In this document: piece by piece, positions 26,176 through 38,575 of the stretch
Layout of the letters: the number at the start of each line of letters is the position of its first letter
How positions within the stretch are numbered: the stretch's first letter is position 1
Source: Tubulanus polymorphus
Taxonomy: Eukaryota > Animalia > Nemertea
DNA: 64,000 bases
Reading direction: 5' to 3'
Assembly (NCBI RefSeq): GCF_964204645.1
Contig: NC_134028.1
Span: 12,757,263 to 12,821,262 of the forward strand
The notes under the pieces: model-generated
What the model was told of the DNA's origin: nothing
Seen by the model: the letters and a program-made list of their open reading frames with translations, nothing else
Database searches by the model: none
Translations under genes and position numbers: made by a program

Positions 26176-27495
26176 TTAAAATCTAAAATATAATATTCCT
26201 CCGATTACAATTCCTATACAAGTTATAGCTAATTTAGTATTTTCATGGGATTTATTATCATCATTTAGTTTAATTATATCATGTTGAATATTATCAGTTT
26301 TTATATTTTCTGTAGTATTGTAATCTTTTATTTTAGAATCATTATTTAATTTAATATTCTTAGTTTTAGTTTCTGTTGATTGAATGTGTTTTTTATTTTT
26401 TTCACCTTCCATTAATTTTGGAGCAGTAATAATCTTTTTATTTATATCATTCAATCCAAATGAATTATTTATTGTTGCAGTTTTAATTAGATTATTATAA
26501 CCAATTATATTTCCCATCTTTAATACTAAATCATTTGAAATAATAAATAGATTAGGGCCTATACAATAATTTAATCTAATATGTGATTTATCTAAATAAT
26601 TTTGATATCTTACAATGTTTTCCGGAATCGATCTATTTTTATCATTATGAATGGAATCTTCAAATAATACTTTAAACTGTTTCTGCGCATCGAATGAAGT
26701 GTTATCATTTCCAACTATTGGTGATCTTGTTTCAACTTGCGCGCCTAAAATACAAATTAAATAAGTTCTAATTGATTGATTTATTCTTTGTATACCAGCT
26801 TTAGTAAAACCTTCACTATTTTCTAAAATGAAATAAACCCAACCATTATTGTTTTGTTGTTGTATATTATTATAATATTTTGGTAATTCATTCCAATTTA
26901 GTGTTCTTATATCTGAATTTTTTTATTATTTTTCCAAATTCTTTAGTATATAATATTCCTAATCCACCCATTGTTCCAATTTTTGCTCTAAAATCTTTAT
27001 TTGAATTAATATTAAATTCATTACATATTTTATAAAACTTAGAAAAATTAATATTATTATTCAATTCTTTAAAATATTTTGAACCTGGTAAAGGACATTC
27101 TAATTCATCTAATATTAATTTTATTTGAAAATAAGTATGAAATCTAAAAGTGATAACATCAATGGTAAACTTGGTTTGTTTAAATGATCATTCCAACTAA
27201 TTCCACATCCTGTTGTTGCGCAATAAACAGCAAAATTTAATTGGTTCTGCCAAAACTTCATATTAGATTTTAATAACCATTGTTTTGCCTCATTTGAATT
27301 TTTGAAATTAATTGTATACACATGAAATATATTTTCCATCTTTACATGAAAATTATTACTTTCAGTAACATAAATATATAAATCAATTAATGAATTTAAA
27401 ACTTCATTTCTATATGTAATATCTTTATTAAAATCTATTGCAGGAATATTATATTTAATTGATTTATTATATTGGAAAGCTTTTGGAAACCCCAT
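26176..27495 (-). pseudogene. Conserved module protein (MGFPKAF...), frameshifted
   Basis: WQNQLNFAVYCATTGCGIS and ILGAQVETRS motifs; homolog of 919..2224. Confidence 0.8.
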
Positions 27496-27511
27496 TTATA
27501 TAACTAAAAAA

Positions 27512-27946
27512 TTAATAATTAACTAATTCTTTTAATAATTTATCTTGTTCTTCAACTGTTATATGACCATTTAAACTTATTATATAATCTAGTGTATTCT
27601 TTAATTTATTAATTTCTTTTATATTAGTTTTAATTTTTTCTTTATTACTTTTTATATTCAATTTTGAACTTATACCAGTTAAAACACTTGAACTTAATCC
27701 TAATACACCAATTGATATAGCTAAAGGTGTTAATGGACTGAATATTGCTAGAAATGTTATTACAGAACTAATTGTAACCGAACCACTAATAATCAAATAA
27801 TATATGATTTTAGATTTTAAATATTTTTTCTTTTTAACTTTTAAGTCACTTTCAAATTCTAATATTTGTTTTTCTAAATATGTTTTTAATTTAGTTTTAT
27901 TTATATCATGAGGAATAATATCAATATTATCAACTTTATCTTCCAT
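27512..27946 (-). CDS. Two-TM membrane protein
   Basis: Intact 144 aa; present in all three copies. Confidence 0.8.
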   Translation of the reverse strand: MEDKVDNIDIIPHDINKTKLKTYLEKQILEFESDLKVKKKKYLKSKIIYYLIISGSVTISSVITFLAIFSPLTPLAISIGVLGLSSSVLTGISSKLNIKSNKEKIKTNIKEINKLKNTLDYIISLNGHITVEEQDKLLKELVNY

Positions 27947-27966
27947 TTATTTAGCAAAAAAAATTA

Positions 27967-28389
27967 CTAATTAGTAAACTTATAAGCAACAAATATAACA
28001 ATAACAGTTCCACCTAAAATCCATATTATTTCATATTTCTGTTGTTCTTTACTTGGGGTATAATAATCTGATATTGTAGGTTTATGTAGATGTAATTTTT
28101 CTTTATTGGTTACTGCGTTATATAAACTCATTGCATCATCAACTGATTGAAAATCTCTATGTGAAATCTTCTGATCATATAATTCCTTGTTAATATAATC
28201 CATATAGTTTTGTCTCTTTTCTCTATATTCTTCTGCTGCTTTATTGTATTTCTCTAATGCTAAGTTATGTCTTTTTTGTTCTGTTAATGATCCATTTTTA
28301 TCAATATGTTTAAATAAATATCCACCACCAGAAAATGCTAAAGCGTTAACAATTGCCGATCCTATAATAGTTATAACTGCAGAAGCCAT
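27967..28389 (-). CDS. Small membrane protein (hydrophobic N-terminus, coiled coil, C-terminal TM)
   Basis: Intact 140 aa; VNALAF.GG...EQKRHNLALEK motif; three copies. Confidence 0.82.
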   Translation of the reverse strand: MASAVITIIGSAIVNALAFSGGGYLFKHIDKNGSLTEQKRHNLALEKYNKAAEEYREKRQNYMDYINKELYDQKISHRDFQSVDDAMSLYNAVTNKEKLHLHKPTISDYYTPSKEQQKYEIIWILGGTVIVIFVAYKFTN

Positions 28390-28413
28390 TTATTTAGTAA
28401 AATAATTATGTAT

Positions 28414-28635
28414 TTATATGGGAGGAATATATTTGTGTTTTTCCAAATAATCAATAGTTAAATTAGATAAAGTAACTGCTAATGTTAATTTTGAAATATC
28501 ATTTATATCAAATCTATCAACATTAACACTTCCCATTTTGAATACTTTTTTTAATACCATTGAATAACCAACAGTTCCAACTGATAGTAATGCTCCATTA
28601 TATAATTCAGTTATTATCCACTTATTATCACTCAT
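28414..28635 (-). CDS. Small hydrophobic protein
   Basis: 73 aa; near-identical to 61992..62213. Confidence 0.8.
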   Translation of the reverse strand: MSDNKWIITELYNGALLSVGTVGYSMVLKKVFKMGSVNVDRFDINDISKLTLAVTLSNLTIDYLEKHKYIPPI

Positions 28636-28992
28636 TTATTTATCAAAAAGATTACTATCGTCAAAATATTTAGTTATCTTATTTATGATTAATTCAACAT
28701 TTAATTCATTACTAGTTTCATTTGTATATATTTCAATTATTATTTTTTTATTATCATCGATGATAAAATCTTCATCTAATTCATAAAATCTTAAAGATTC
28801 TCTAATTAAATTAGTAATCTTTTCTACATTAAAAGTTTCTTTATCTATTGTTGTTTCATACTCAAATGTTGTTTCATTAGAAAATGTAATATTTTTGATA
28901 TGTGTAATTACATCATTAACGTTAAATTTCATTTCTTTCTCACGTTTAAAATCAAACCCAAAACATATACTCGGTCCAACAGTTATATTCAT
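28636..28992 (-). CDS. Hypothetical protein
   Basis: 118 aa; near-identical to 62217..62570. Confidence 0.78.
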   Translation of the reverse strand: MNITVGPSICFGFDFKREKEMKFNVNDVITHIKNITFSNETTFEYETTIDKETFNVEKITNLIRESLRFYELDEDFIIDDNKKIIIEIYTNETSNELNVELIINKITKYFDDSNLFDK

Positions 28993-29008
28993 TGATATAG
29001 TGAAAAAA

Positions 29009-29767
29009 TTACTCTTTACATCTTATAACTAATTCATAAATTACAGGAAAGTTATTCAAATCAATTAAATAACCATTATGATTTCTTATTTCTAATTTAA
29101 AATTATTAAATTTAGGAATGCAAGGTTTAAAATCACATTCAGCTAAATTATAATTTATTTGAGTTCCAAATTGTTTAACATTTTTTAATGGTAAAATATT
29201 TAATATACTAGAATTACAAATTGTATCTTTATTTGCTTCGAATGTTTTTGTAGGCTCGATTAAATTGCAATAAATATAAAAATGTGTAAAAGGTATTATA
29301 TTTGAATTACCATCTACGTTTCCTGTAACAGTATCTGGTGCAATTCCTAACAGTTTAGCTATAGGTTTTTTTACCATAAATGCATGTTGACTTTCATCAT
29401 ATACCTTTATTTTAATTTTGTTTGTGCTATCACTTTTTATAAATCTAATTAAAGATTTATCTTCTCTTCTAATTTTCAACCGTGCTCTTCGATTAATTTC
29501 TTGAGCTAATGTTTCTAAATTATATAATCCTGCTTTTAAAATTATATGAAACCATTTGTCTATATTTCCAATATGAATTAAAAAAGTATTATCTTCAATA
29601 GTTTTATCAGTTATATTATAAAAAGAATTACATAAACTTATATTAACTAATTTTAAATCTACACAATTCGTAAATTCTCTATCTTATTGTACTAGTAAAT
29701 TATGTGATTTATAATCTGTAAGTCTTCTAGAATCAACAAATATTCTGTATTCTTTTAATTCTACCAT
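29009..29767 (-). pseudogene. Minor capsid (penton-like) protein with one nonsense codon
   Basis: IYCNLI..ILNILP..EIRNHNG.LIDLN.FPV..EL pattern; TTA->TAA relative to intact 62587..63372. Confidence 0.75.
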
Positions 29768-29784
29768 TTATTTTACATATTTTC

Positions 29785-30138
29785 TTATTCGAAATCTATT
29801 TCATGGTGCCCTTTTTCATTCTTACCTTTGTATACGAAATAGAAATCTCCAGAACATAATTCTTCTAAGTCTTCACTTGATAATCTATGAAATCTATCCG
29901 GTAAATATGTTCTGAATTTATATGTATTTCCTTTTAATCCTTCATATTCTAAGTGTATAACTAATTTATCTCCATATTTGTTAGTAACTGTAACAATATC
30001 TGTAATAAGATATTTCTTATGGATTATTAATTCTTTTAACTTCTTAAATTTATAATCTACTGATTTGACATTGGAAGTATCTTTTATTCTATCTAGAAAT
30101 AATTTGTTGTTCTCACTGTGTGTTTGTTTACTCTCCAT
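29785..30138 (-). CDS. Small protein adjacent to PolB, possibly OB-fold/ssDNA-binding
   Basis: Intact 117 aa; distant paralog of 6729..7055. Confidence 0.65.
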   Translation of the reverse strand: MESKQTHSENNKLFLDRIKDTSNVKSVDYKFKKLKELIIHKKYLITDIVTVTNKYGDKLVIHLEYEGLKGNTYKFRTYLPDRFHRLSSEDLEELCSGDFYFVYKGKNEKGHHEIDFE

Positions 30139-30167
30139 TTTAATAACATATTTTTATTAAAATTTGA

Positions 30168-33100
30168 TTAACAAATTAGAATTCTTTTCATTATTTCCTT
30201 CTCTTTTGTTTCTTCTCTTTTAGATTTTAAGTATTCATCTAAATTGCAACCAAAAGCAACTGTATGAATTCCATCATCTAAAATATATCTTTTATCATCA
30301 AATGGGTTTAGACTAATCTTTTCAATTTCTTCAATAAACATTTCATGATCTTCAGATCTTAAACATCTCATCTTATGTTTTCTAACTTCTGCATTGAATA
30401 TACAATTGATGTAATATTTGAAATGAATATTCTTTTCTACTACACTTTTGGTTATTCCTTTTAACTTTTTAGCTTCATGTTCTTTAGTTTTATATGAATA
30501 CATTTTAGATCTAATACCTATGAATTCAATCATTTCTTCACCACCTAATTCATTTTTGAATTTACCGGGAACTTTTTTATTATCATTGCTAAACAATTCA
30601 TGATCTTTAGGATAATTACTGAAATCAAAATGATGTTTTAATGTTTTCTAATCATCTGTTATGTTATCAGTTTTTATCTTTAATATGTAAGAATCTGTAT
30701 CAAAATATAAGATTTCTATATGTTTTTCTCCAAAAAGTGGTTGTAATACATTATAATAGAATTCATACATTACTAATTTTGATAATTCTAAAACTGAAGC
30801 GCCAACATAGATTGGTTTATTAAATTTCATTGATGTTCTTCTCATCTTAACTGCAGCTAAATTTTCATCAAATATTCTGTTACCAATGAACTTAGGATAT
30901 GATTGTAAATGTCTAATTCTTTTACCATTACTAACTAACTCAATATCATTTCTATTTCTAATATTTTCACAAGTCTTACCATAGAATGCATTATTCATTA
31001 GTTTGAAGAAATCTTTTTCGAAATCAGTTTTAGCTTCAGTTCTCTGTTTGGTGTTAAAATCTATATATTTTCCTAACCACTTAGATTGACTAAATGAAAT
31101 ATATCTATGTACTTTTTTTAGAATCATTCCTTGACTCAAATAAAACTTTAACATTCTATAATGTACTACATAATTATATTTATCTTCTTGAGTTACCATT
31201 AACTTTTCTGTATGAATATGATTTTCGGGTTTAATTCTTTTTTGATAATTTGATAATTCTTCATGAGTTACAGTTTTATGTTCGGAACAGTAAGCTAGAT
31301 TTCTAGATTTAAATTTAATATGTTCAGGATATTCTAAATCTACAACAAAGAAGTACCCAGTATCTGAATCATCTGCAATATCTAGGATTCTTTTCTTCCA
31401 ATCAAATTTATCATTATTTTAGATATAAATCTACTAATTGTCCATGATTTTCTATTTTGAAATGATTCCAAATATTCAATGTTCTATTATATACTTCATC
31501 TTTAACATATTCATTTTTTAATTCATCATAGAATTGTTCTTTTAATAATTCAGTTATATTAAAATCATTATGTGATTTATAAAATGAATATGGAATTGCG
31601 CCTTTATATCTCATTAATTGAAAATCATCATTATTTGGGTAGTGTTGCTTTAATATTTTTAATTCATCATCAACTAATGATTTTGATAAGTTATCTAATG
31701 AACTATTTAAAAATCTATATGAATCTATAAATCTTAGGCAACCAAATTGGAATGATATATAATTCTCAGATGTTTTAGCTAACATTCTAAATTTATAAGT
31801 TGGTATTTTATCTTTTGATCTATTTGAATTTAATCTTTCTATTTCATTATTAATTTCTTCTATTTTATGACATAACTGTTTGATGAATAAATGTGCATCA
31901 TATCCTGATAGATTATGAAATGATCATGGTCTCTTACTTTTTTATCTTTATAATTAAATATCTTTTCACAATAATAACATTTATCTGAAAACTCAAATTC
32001 TTCTTTATCTTCTTCTGTCATTATAATTTCTATATTTGTATTCAATAATTTACTAAATCTTATTTCATATTCAATTAATAAGTCACAAAAATGATTGATA
32101 ACATTTTCATTTCTATAATCATAATATTCACTTTTAATTAGTTCTGGATAATCAGATTTTATATATAACCCGAAAGCTGCAGCTGATTGATGAATCTTTT
32201 TAATAGTATTTGTTTTTGGTGGTTCATCTGAAAAATCATTTTCATTAGAATTTAATTTCTTTCTTTTATAATATATTTCTTTTCTATCTTGATCAGTTAA
32301 TTCTTTATTTAATGATTCAAAATCTCCATATATAACAAATGGTACTTTATTTTTGTAATCATATTTTTTGAATTCTAATATTTTATCCTTTTCATTTGGT
32401 AAAACTAATTTACAATAATCATGATTTTCACATAATTGTTTATGATTTAATAATGTACTTTCATTACTGAATCTATGTAAACATTTTCTACAAAGATATA
32501 TTTTATGGTGATCATTTTCTGATTTAAAAAATAAATCGATTTGTTTAATCCACATATAATGATTCTCATAATATAGTATATCTATAATATCATTTGAATC
32601 GTAATCTTTTGATAGATATAAAGGTTCGAATGTATAATGTTTTAAATTGTTACCTTTTGTATTTGGTAATTTGATTAAATCGAATACATTTATTCTTAAA
32701 TTATTATCTCTTTCTATCTTTGGGATGTTTTTAATTCTAACAGGATACTTATCTATCTTATAATTATTTTCAAATGGTTTATAATGAGTTAATCTAAAAC
32801 TATGTTGTTTATAATCTTCAACTGGGTGTAAACAACTTATTATAGCCCATAGAAAACATTTATCATCTTCATTTTGTACATTTATTACAGCATTAGTTTT
32901 AAACGGTAGTTTAATATAACTCGATGCTTCAATATCTGGTTCTTTATAATATGATACATTATTTTCATCAATTGGTTTTGATTTAGTTAACTTATTATAT
33001 TTTGTGTTATAAACATGTAAAGTCATCAATATTATTTCATCAAATATTAAACCAGATCCTTCAAAATATTTCTCTTCTATTTTAGTTTTTACTTCATTAT

Positions 33101-33776
33101 AACATTTATCTAATTTATCATCTATATGTTGTTTTGAAATAATATGTTGTGAATGAGAATTTATATTATATATTGGTTTATTTTCAGATTTTATGAATTT
33201 AACTTTAACTGATATACTAATTTTAGGATATTCAACATCAGTTATTATTTTTATTTTTTCTTTCATATTTTCTAAATGTTTTTTATTTTCTTCTAATGTT
33301 TTTCCTTTATGAAATTTAAACTCAATAGCAGCTGGACCAATCTCACTTTTAAATGCTTCGGTTATCTCTATATCTTTTTTATTATCTAGCGAATTAATAT
33401 AATTTCTTACATCTTCCATGTATGGTCTTTTATTGTTTAATTTATTTTTTATGCTTTTAATTGTCTTCTGTTTCTTATAATTATCTTTATCAAAGTAATC
33501 TTCACCTAAAATATCATTATTCTTATTTCTAATATGACTTTTAGATTTTAAATGTTCTTTATGATATCTTTTATCACTGAATGATTGATTACATGTATCA
33601 CATTTGTATGTTTCTTTTTCATTCTTTAATTCATCTAATTTAGTTTCTAATATATCATCTTCATATTCTAATTTCAATTTATTCTCTAAATGTGTTTTAG
33701 TTTTATTGTGTCTTGCTTTTTGGGATTTATCTATATTGATATTACATGTTGGACAGTAGTACTTATTTGCTTCCAT
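30168..33776 (-). pseudogene. polB: Protein-primed family B DNA polymerase with N-terminal zinc fingers; two internal deletions and a stop
   Basis: SYIKLP..INVQN.D.KCFLWA, ExoI YGDFES, RDHDH, ExoII FHNLSGYD (shifted frame), KLMNNAFYGK, YFDTDS, KGI; motif A region missing. Confidence 0.93.
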
Positions 33777-33830
33777 TTTAATATCAAATTTTTTTTTAAA
33801 ATTGATTTTAGAAGTTCAATGATTTATATC

Positions 33831-34189
33831 ATGTATTATTTCAATCACACTTTACTAACACTTTAAATGTTTAAAAATCTAACTCACACAAATATGAATA
33901 TTGAAATAATGTTGTAAATATATCTATCTATATATCTATTCTATAAGAGCTCACACTTTACTCACACTTTTATATTGAATAATCTATCAATTTATATGTT
34001 ATTCATATATATTTTATTCATGTATATAAATATTTTAAGAGTAATAGGGATAATGGGCTTTCAAGCTAAAGGTTGAACGGGCGGGTGAGTAAAAAATGAA
34101 AAACATGAAAATAATAACAATTTCTACTTGAATTACTCGCGAAACTCATAAAAATGAAAAATAAATTCGAGCGTGTGAGAATTTATTTT
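33831..34189 (-). repeat. Right terminal inverted repeat of E2
   Basis: Reverse complement of 16585..16941. Confidence 0.92.
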
Positions 34190-34671
34190 TCATTCAGATA
34201 CGCGCGCTCAGTTGCTCGTGAATGCGTCCAGCAACATATAAAAAACATTTATCACCCACTCAAATGTCTTTAGAGATAACTATCTAATGGTTTGTTGTAA
34301 ATAAACAATGAGGATCACTGGAAGGAAGAATGATCTGCACTCGTGAGGAGAAAATTTGTGAAAATTGGGTAAATTTTCACGCTTGGGTGACTTTGACCTT
34401 TTTAGGAAATTCTGACCCACCAATGAAAAAAATTTATTATTTTGATTGAGTAACACATAGGCCTACATTGATATTATAGGAATAGAAAATAGGCATTTGC
34501 TTTTAGATTTATACATCTGGCTTCAGTATAATGAATAACATGACTTTTTATAGCATATGACCTGAACATGACCCCATATTTTGGGGACCCACTTGGACCC
34601 AGGTGTCAAAAAGTTTTGAAAACCATAAATTTCTAATAGCTATAACTAATAGCTTTCAGAAAGTTAGGTTA

Positions 34672-34899
34672 GGCTAAACAAAAATGATACCTTGTTTCTC
34701 CGCAGCGGCCGTGTCATTTTTGTACAATATGATAGGCTAAAATTTATAAACAGTTCATTTCTATAGCGGCCGGGTCTGTTATGGTAAAATTGATCACGAT
34801 TTTTAAAAAAGTAATGTATAGGGTAGATAGGCGGCCGGCCGGCCGGGTCAACATTTAAGCTCAGCAGAGCGGAGAAACAAGGTATCAATTTTTTTAGCC
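34672..34899. mobile_element. Short Harbinger-like MITE
   Basis: TIR GGCTAAA.AAAA.TGATACCTTGTTTCTCCGC; TTA on both flanks; a related end near 7865-7910. Confidence 0.7.
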
Positions 34900-36149
34900 T
34901 TATACAGGGGTTTGGCATTAGAAAAGCATTTTAATGGACATTAAAAACCATATGTCGAATTCGCCTAAATTAATCAATATCAGATTGACATGCCGAACTT
35001 TTGTGTGCAGATTGTTTCATATATCCACCACTGCGCGGCGGTGTAACAATTCACGTGGTTGACATGTTGCATAGCAACAGTCGGTGTCTCTTCATTTCAC
35101 ACACAGTTAAGTGCGGGCGCAGTGCATTGCTGATGAAGACCTATTACAGTATTAGCCTATGTCACACATATAATACAGACTTTACAGCACATCAGCAGTG
35201 CTAATATTGGCGCGCGCGCATTATGAATTACGTCTTGTTTTCATATATGGCGTTTGTATGAAAACAGTATTTTGAATGAAGTAAAACTAAATTATTGAGT
35301 GATTATCGGTCTAATAAATATCAAAAATTCTTTGAAAGTGATTTACATCGGTCCTGAGGAATCGGGAGGGTATTATTACCGGACTGACGAGATTTCAATG
35401 CGGACCGAAAACCGACGGTTGAAAAGTCAATTGAGCTGAGAAATATATTCCGAGGGACAGACAGGACCTGATTCCAGAAGGGATTTTTTATGATTAAATG
35501 GGAAGGGTTGGTGGATTTCTGTGGCAAACAGCATTGCGTGATCGTCTTTCACGAATATGGAAGTTTACGTTAAATATTTCGTCAAATTCTATGATATTAT
35601 TCTTTGATTCTGCGATTTTGATTGCGCAGTTAAAACCTTGAAGTTTGTCTGATTTTTACAGAAATGCCGGTTTTTGCCTCTAAATTGGAAAAAGCTAACC
35701 CGCGACTATCTGAATTCTTCTTACATCGTTGTGACCGTTAAGATCTGAATTTAACGGCTGTATAGTCAACTTTTGTATAAAATGCATTTTTGCTCCATTA
35801 ATCGATGGTCAAACATGCTAAGACGCTGTTCAACGCATGCCCGTAATGGGAAAAACAATTGACTTAACTGATCAATTTTTACAGTGAATTTGGAAAAACC
35901 TTTATCTACAGTTGGTAAATGATTTTTACATCACGAGAATCACATTATTCTAGAGTAAATTTATTAATATTCAACTTTTTACAATAAAACATTATGTAAG
36001 ATTAACTGCCGTTTAAATCAAATCACTAACACAAAACTCCAATAGCGCGCGAGCTCCAACAATGCGACGATGGCTGTCATGCGCAACAATGGGTTCACGA
36101 GAAAGTTCGACATGGTGGATTTTGGTTAAAAAAATTCAAACATGGAAAG

Positions 36150-36350
36150 AGTTTTAAGCAAATATATCTCTTGGCGATACCACCGTCGATGATTTTCGCA
36201 AGTAGTAACTCTCCTGTGAAATCGATGCCCGCGACAGTAAAGGGCGGCGCATTTTGAACACGTGTTACGGGAAGCGGAGGCGAGATCGGAAACGGATAGC
36301 TACGCCCACATGTTATTTTACATGTAACGCATTTTCGTATTACAGTACAC
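36150..36350 (-). pseudogene. BEL/Pao LTR retrotransposon integrase fragment
   Basis: VIRKCVTCK...PPLPVTRVQNAPPFTVAGIDFTG...KRYICL. Confidence 0.7.
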
Positions 36351-38575
36351 TTTGGACTTTGTTTTCCCATTGTCGTAGTAATTCCTTTAAGAAAACCTTG
36401 TAGGGCCTAATCAACTATGCCTCTATAATGATAGATGGCGCTTGCGTTTCACCTAGCCCTTCACAACCTGCCATCTAGCGACAAAATATATCTAACTTTT
36501 AAAACATGGCGTCTGTCAACGTGAAAGGTGTTTATATTTTCATTCCATTCCATACATGCGAGGCTAGGCCTAACCGGCAATTGTTGTTGAAATATAACTT
36601 AGGCCCAATAATGTTTCCAACAAAAGTGGGCGGTTGGCAAACGTGTGCTCGGTTGTCCTTAATAACCGAGATGACACAGATGACACAATTTACTGTCGCC
36701 AAACTGAGTCGAGTGGCGGCGATATGAACTGAGCCGCCCGAGCGGCTGGCGAGATGACATGTAAAACGAAATATAGACTTGGCATTTATTTCCATTTAAA
36801 CACTTGAAATCATATAAGAATAAAAATACCTTCTTGAGTAATATTTTGATATTTTGTCGGATATTTTTGTAGATTGTTAACTTAAATATTTCCCAGATTA
36901 CATTGTCAATCAATTAAATTCAATGAAATTATTGTAGAAATGAAATTTATTACGAAGTTATAAGTTCAATATAGGCCTAATGAATGCAATCTTAAAGTTA
37001 TTTGTTTCAAATGAACAAACTTCAATTTCTCCTGAAGTAATGTGGAGATAGACGGTAGGCCTAAACCTCTCCTGTAAAATTGAAAGACCCAATATTTTGA
37101 CACATGCACTTGAATATGGGCTTTGACCTTGTTGGTGTGTTGAAAATGATAAAATTTATCGTAGGCCTAATCTACAATAAAACTCCACCGGGGTCGCCAT
37201 CTTAGATAGCTGATCTCTTATCTCCGTAATGCTTAACTTAACCCACAAATAAATATCGGGACAGCTGATATCACAGCAATAGGGATTTCAGGTCACTTGA
37301 TCAAAATGTGTCATAATTAGCGTTTTCCTCGCTTCAAATTTTTATTCACTCACAAAAAACGCATTTTATATCCGATTGAAACCAAACTTGCTCAGTATGC
37401 TCAATTTACCGGTTATTTGTTGTGGTGTAAATTTCATGAGTGTATCTTGCGTAGTAACAGAGGAATAAATCGTAGTTCAGCGCGCATCGCCGGATTTCTA
37501 GGAAACAAAATGGCGGCCATGTTTGAACATGCATTTTTCAATCACGTGAAAACCACATGCAATTTTTTAGGTCAAATCCGCAAGCCCACTGCTGATTGGC
37601 TGATTATTTGACCTCGGAACATTTTAAAAACATTTCTCGGCTATAACGTAGTGATGCGTACTTTTTTGCCCGGCCGTGTTTTTGCTATTTTCAAGCGATG
37701 AACGTATTTCAAAGCTTCAATATGCGAAAATTATAATAATTGACAAAAAGTACACCCATACGTTTCAAAATTGAATACTTTATTAATCATTTTCTGTAAT
37801 TACTTTTATGATTGATTTAGTAGTCTTTCGCAGATTTTGACCTAAAGTTGGCGAGGTGCTTAAAATTGTTTACATCCGGGTCACTTCCGGCTCCACACCG
37901 GCTGCCAGCTGATCAATTAAAACACTTCCTGGTTCGTTTTTGCTACTCCAAATGGCAAATTAGCAACTAAAACGACAATATTACTAAATAAATTCATTCT
38001 TTATTAAGAAATCGGCCAAGTATAAGTAAAATAATGGCTATCGAATGGCAGATTTTTTAGTATTTTCCGCCAGAATCCAGGCCTTGTCTTGCTCAAATTT
38101 TTTCCCAACCAAAAATTTACTTTTCCCAATCTCCTTTGCCTAATAAGTTGAAATATTCGTCTTCACTATTAAAGGAAATGCTAGGATAACTCCTGAAATG
38201 AATATTTACTTATTTGTCTTTCTTTTTTTGACTAGAGGCCTCCTAGTCCTATGCCTACCGCTGCAATGTAACTGCCGCCAGTAGTGCAGTAGGCCTAAAA
38301 CACCCAATCAATGGTTTTTCGAGCCAAATGATGTTGGTCACCTAAATCTAACCTCTTATAGGCCTACGTAGGTCTATCCTCTTGATGTTTTTGAATATAT
38401 TACTCAAAATCAGAAAAAAACTATGTAACTAAGGCCTTGAGATTTCGCGTTTTAGTAAAAAAGACTTTCGGCTCCTGAAACCTCCATCAATAGGCAAACC
38501 AATACAGCTTAGCCAAACTTAGTCTTACACACGATTCGGTCCAAGCCATAAATCCTATCAACAGGGAGAATTGGA

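Larger units (their letters stand above)
16585..34189. mobile_element. Polinton/Maverick-like endogenous virus, copy E2 (~17.6 kb, near-complete, decayed)
   Basis: TIRs plus pPolB, rve integrase, packaging ATPase, major and minor capsid genes. Confidence 0.95.

Noticed and set aside
16579-34195. 6-bp target-site duplication for E2
   Set aside because: Flanks CGATTT and TCATTC do not match
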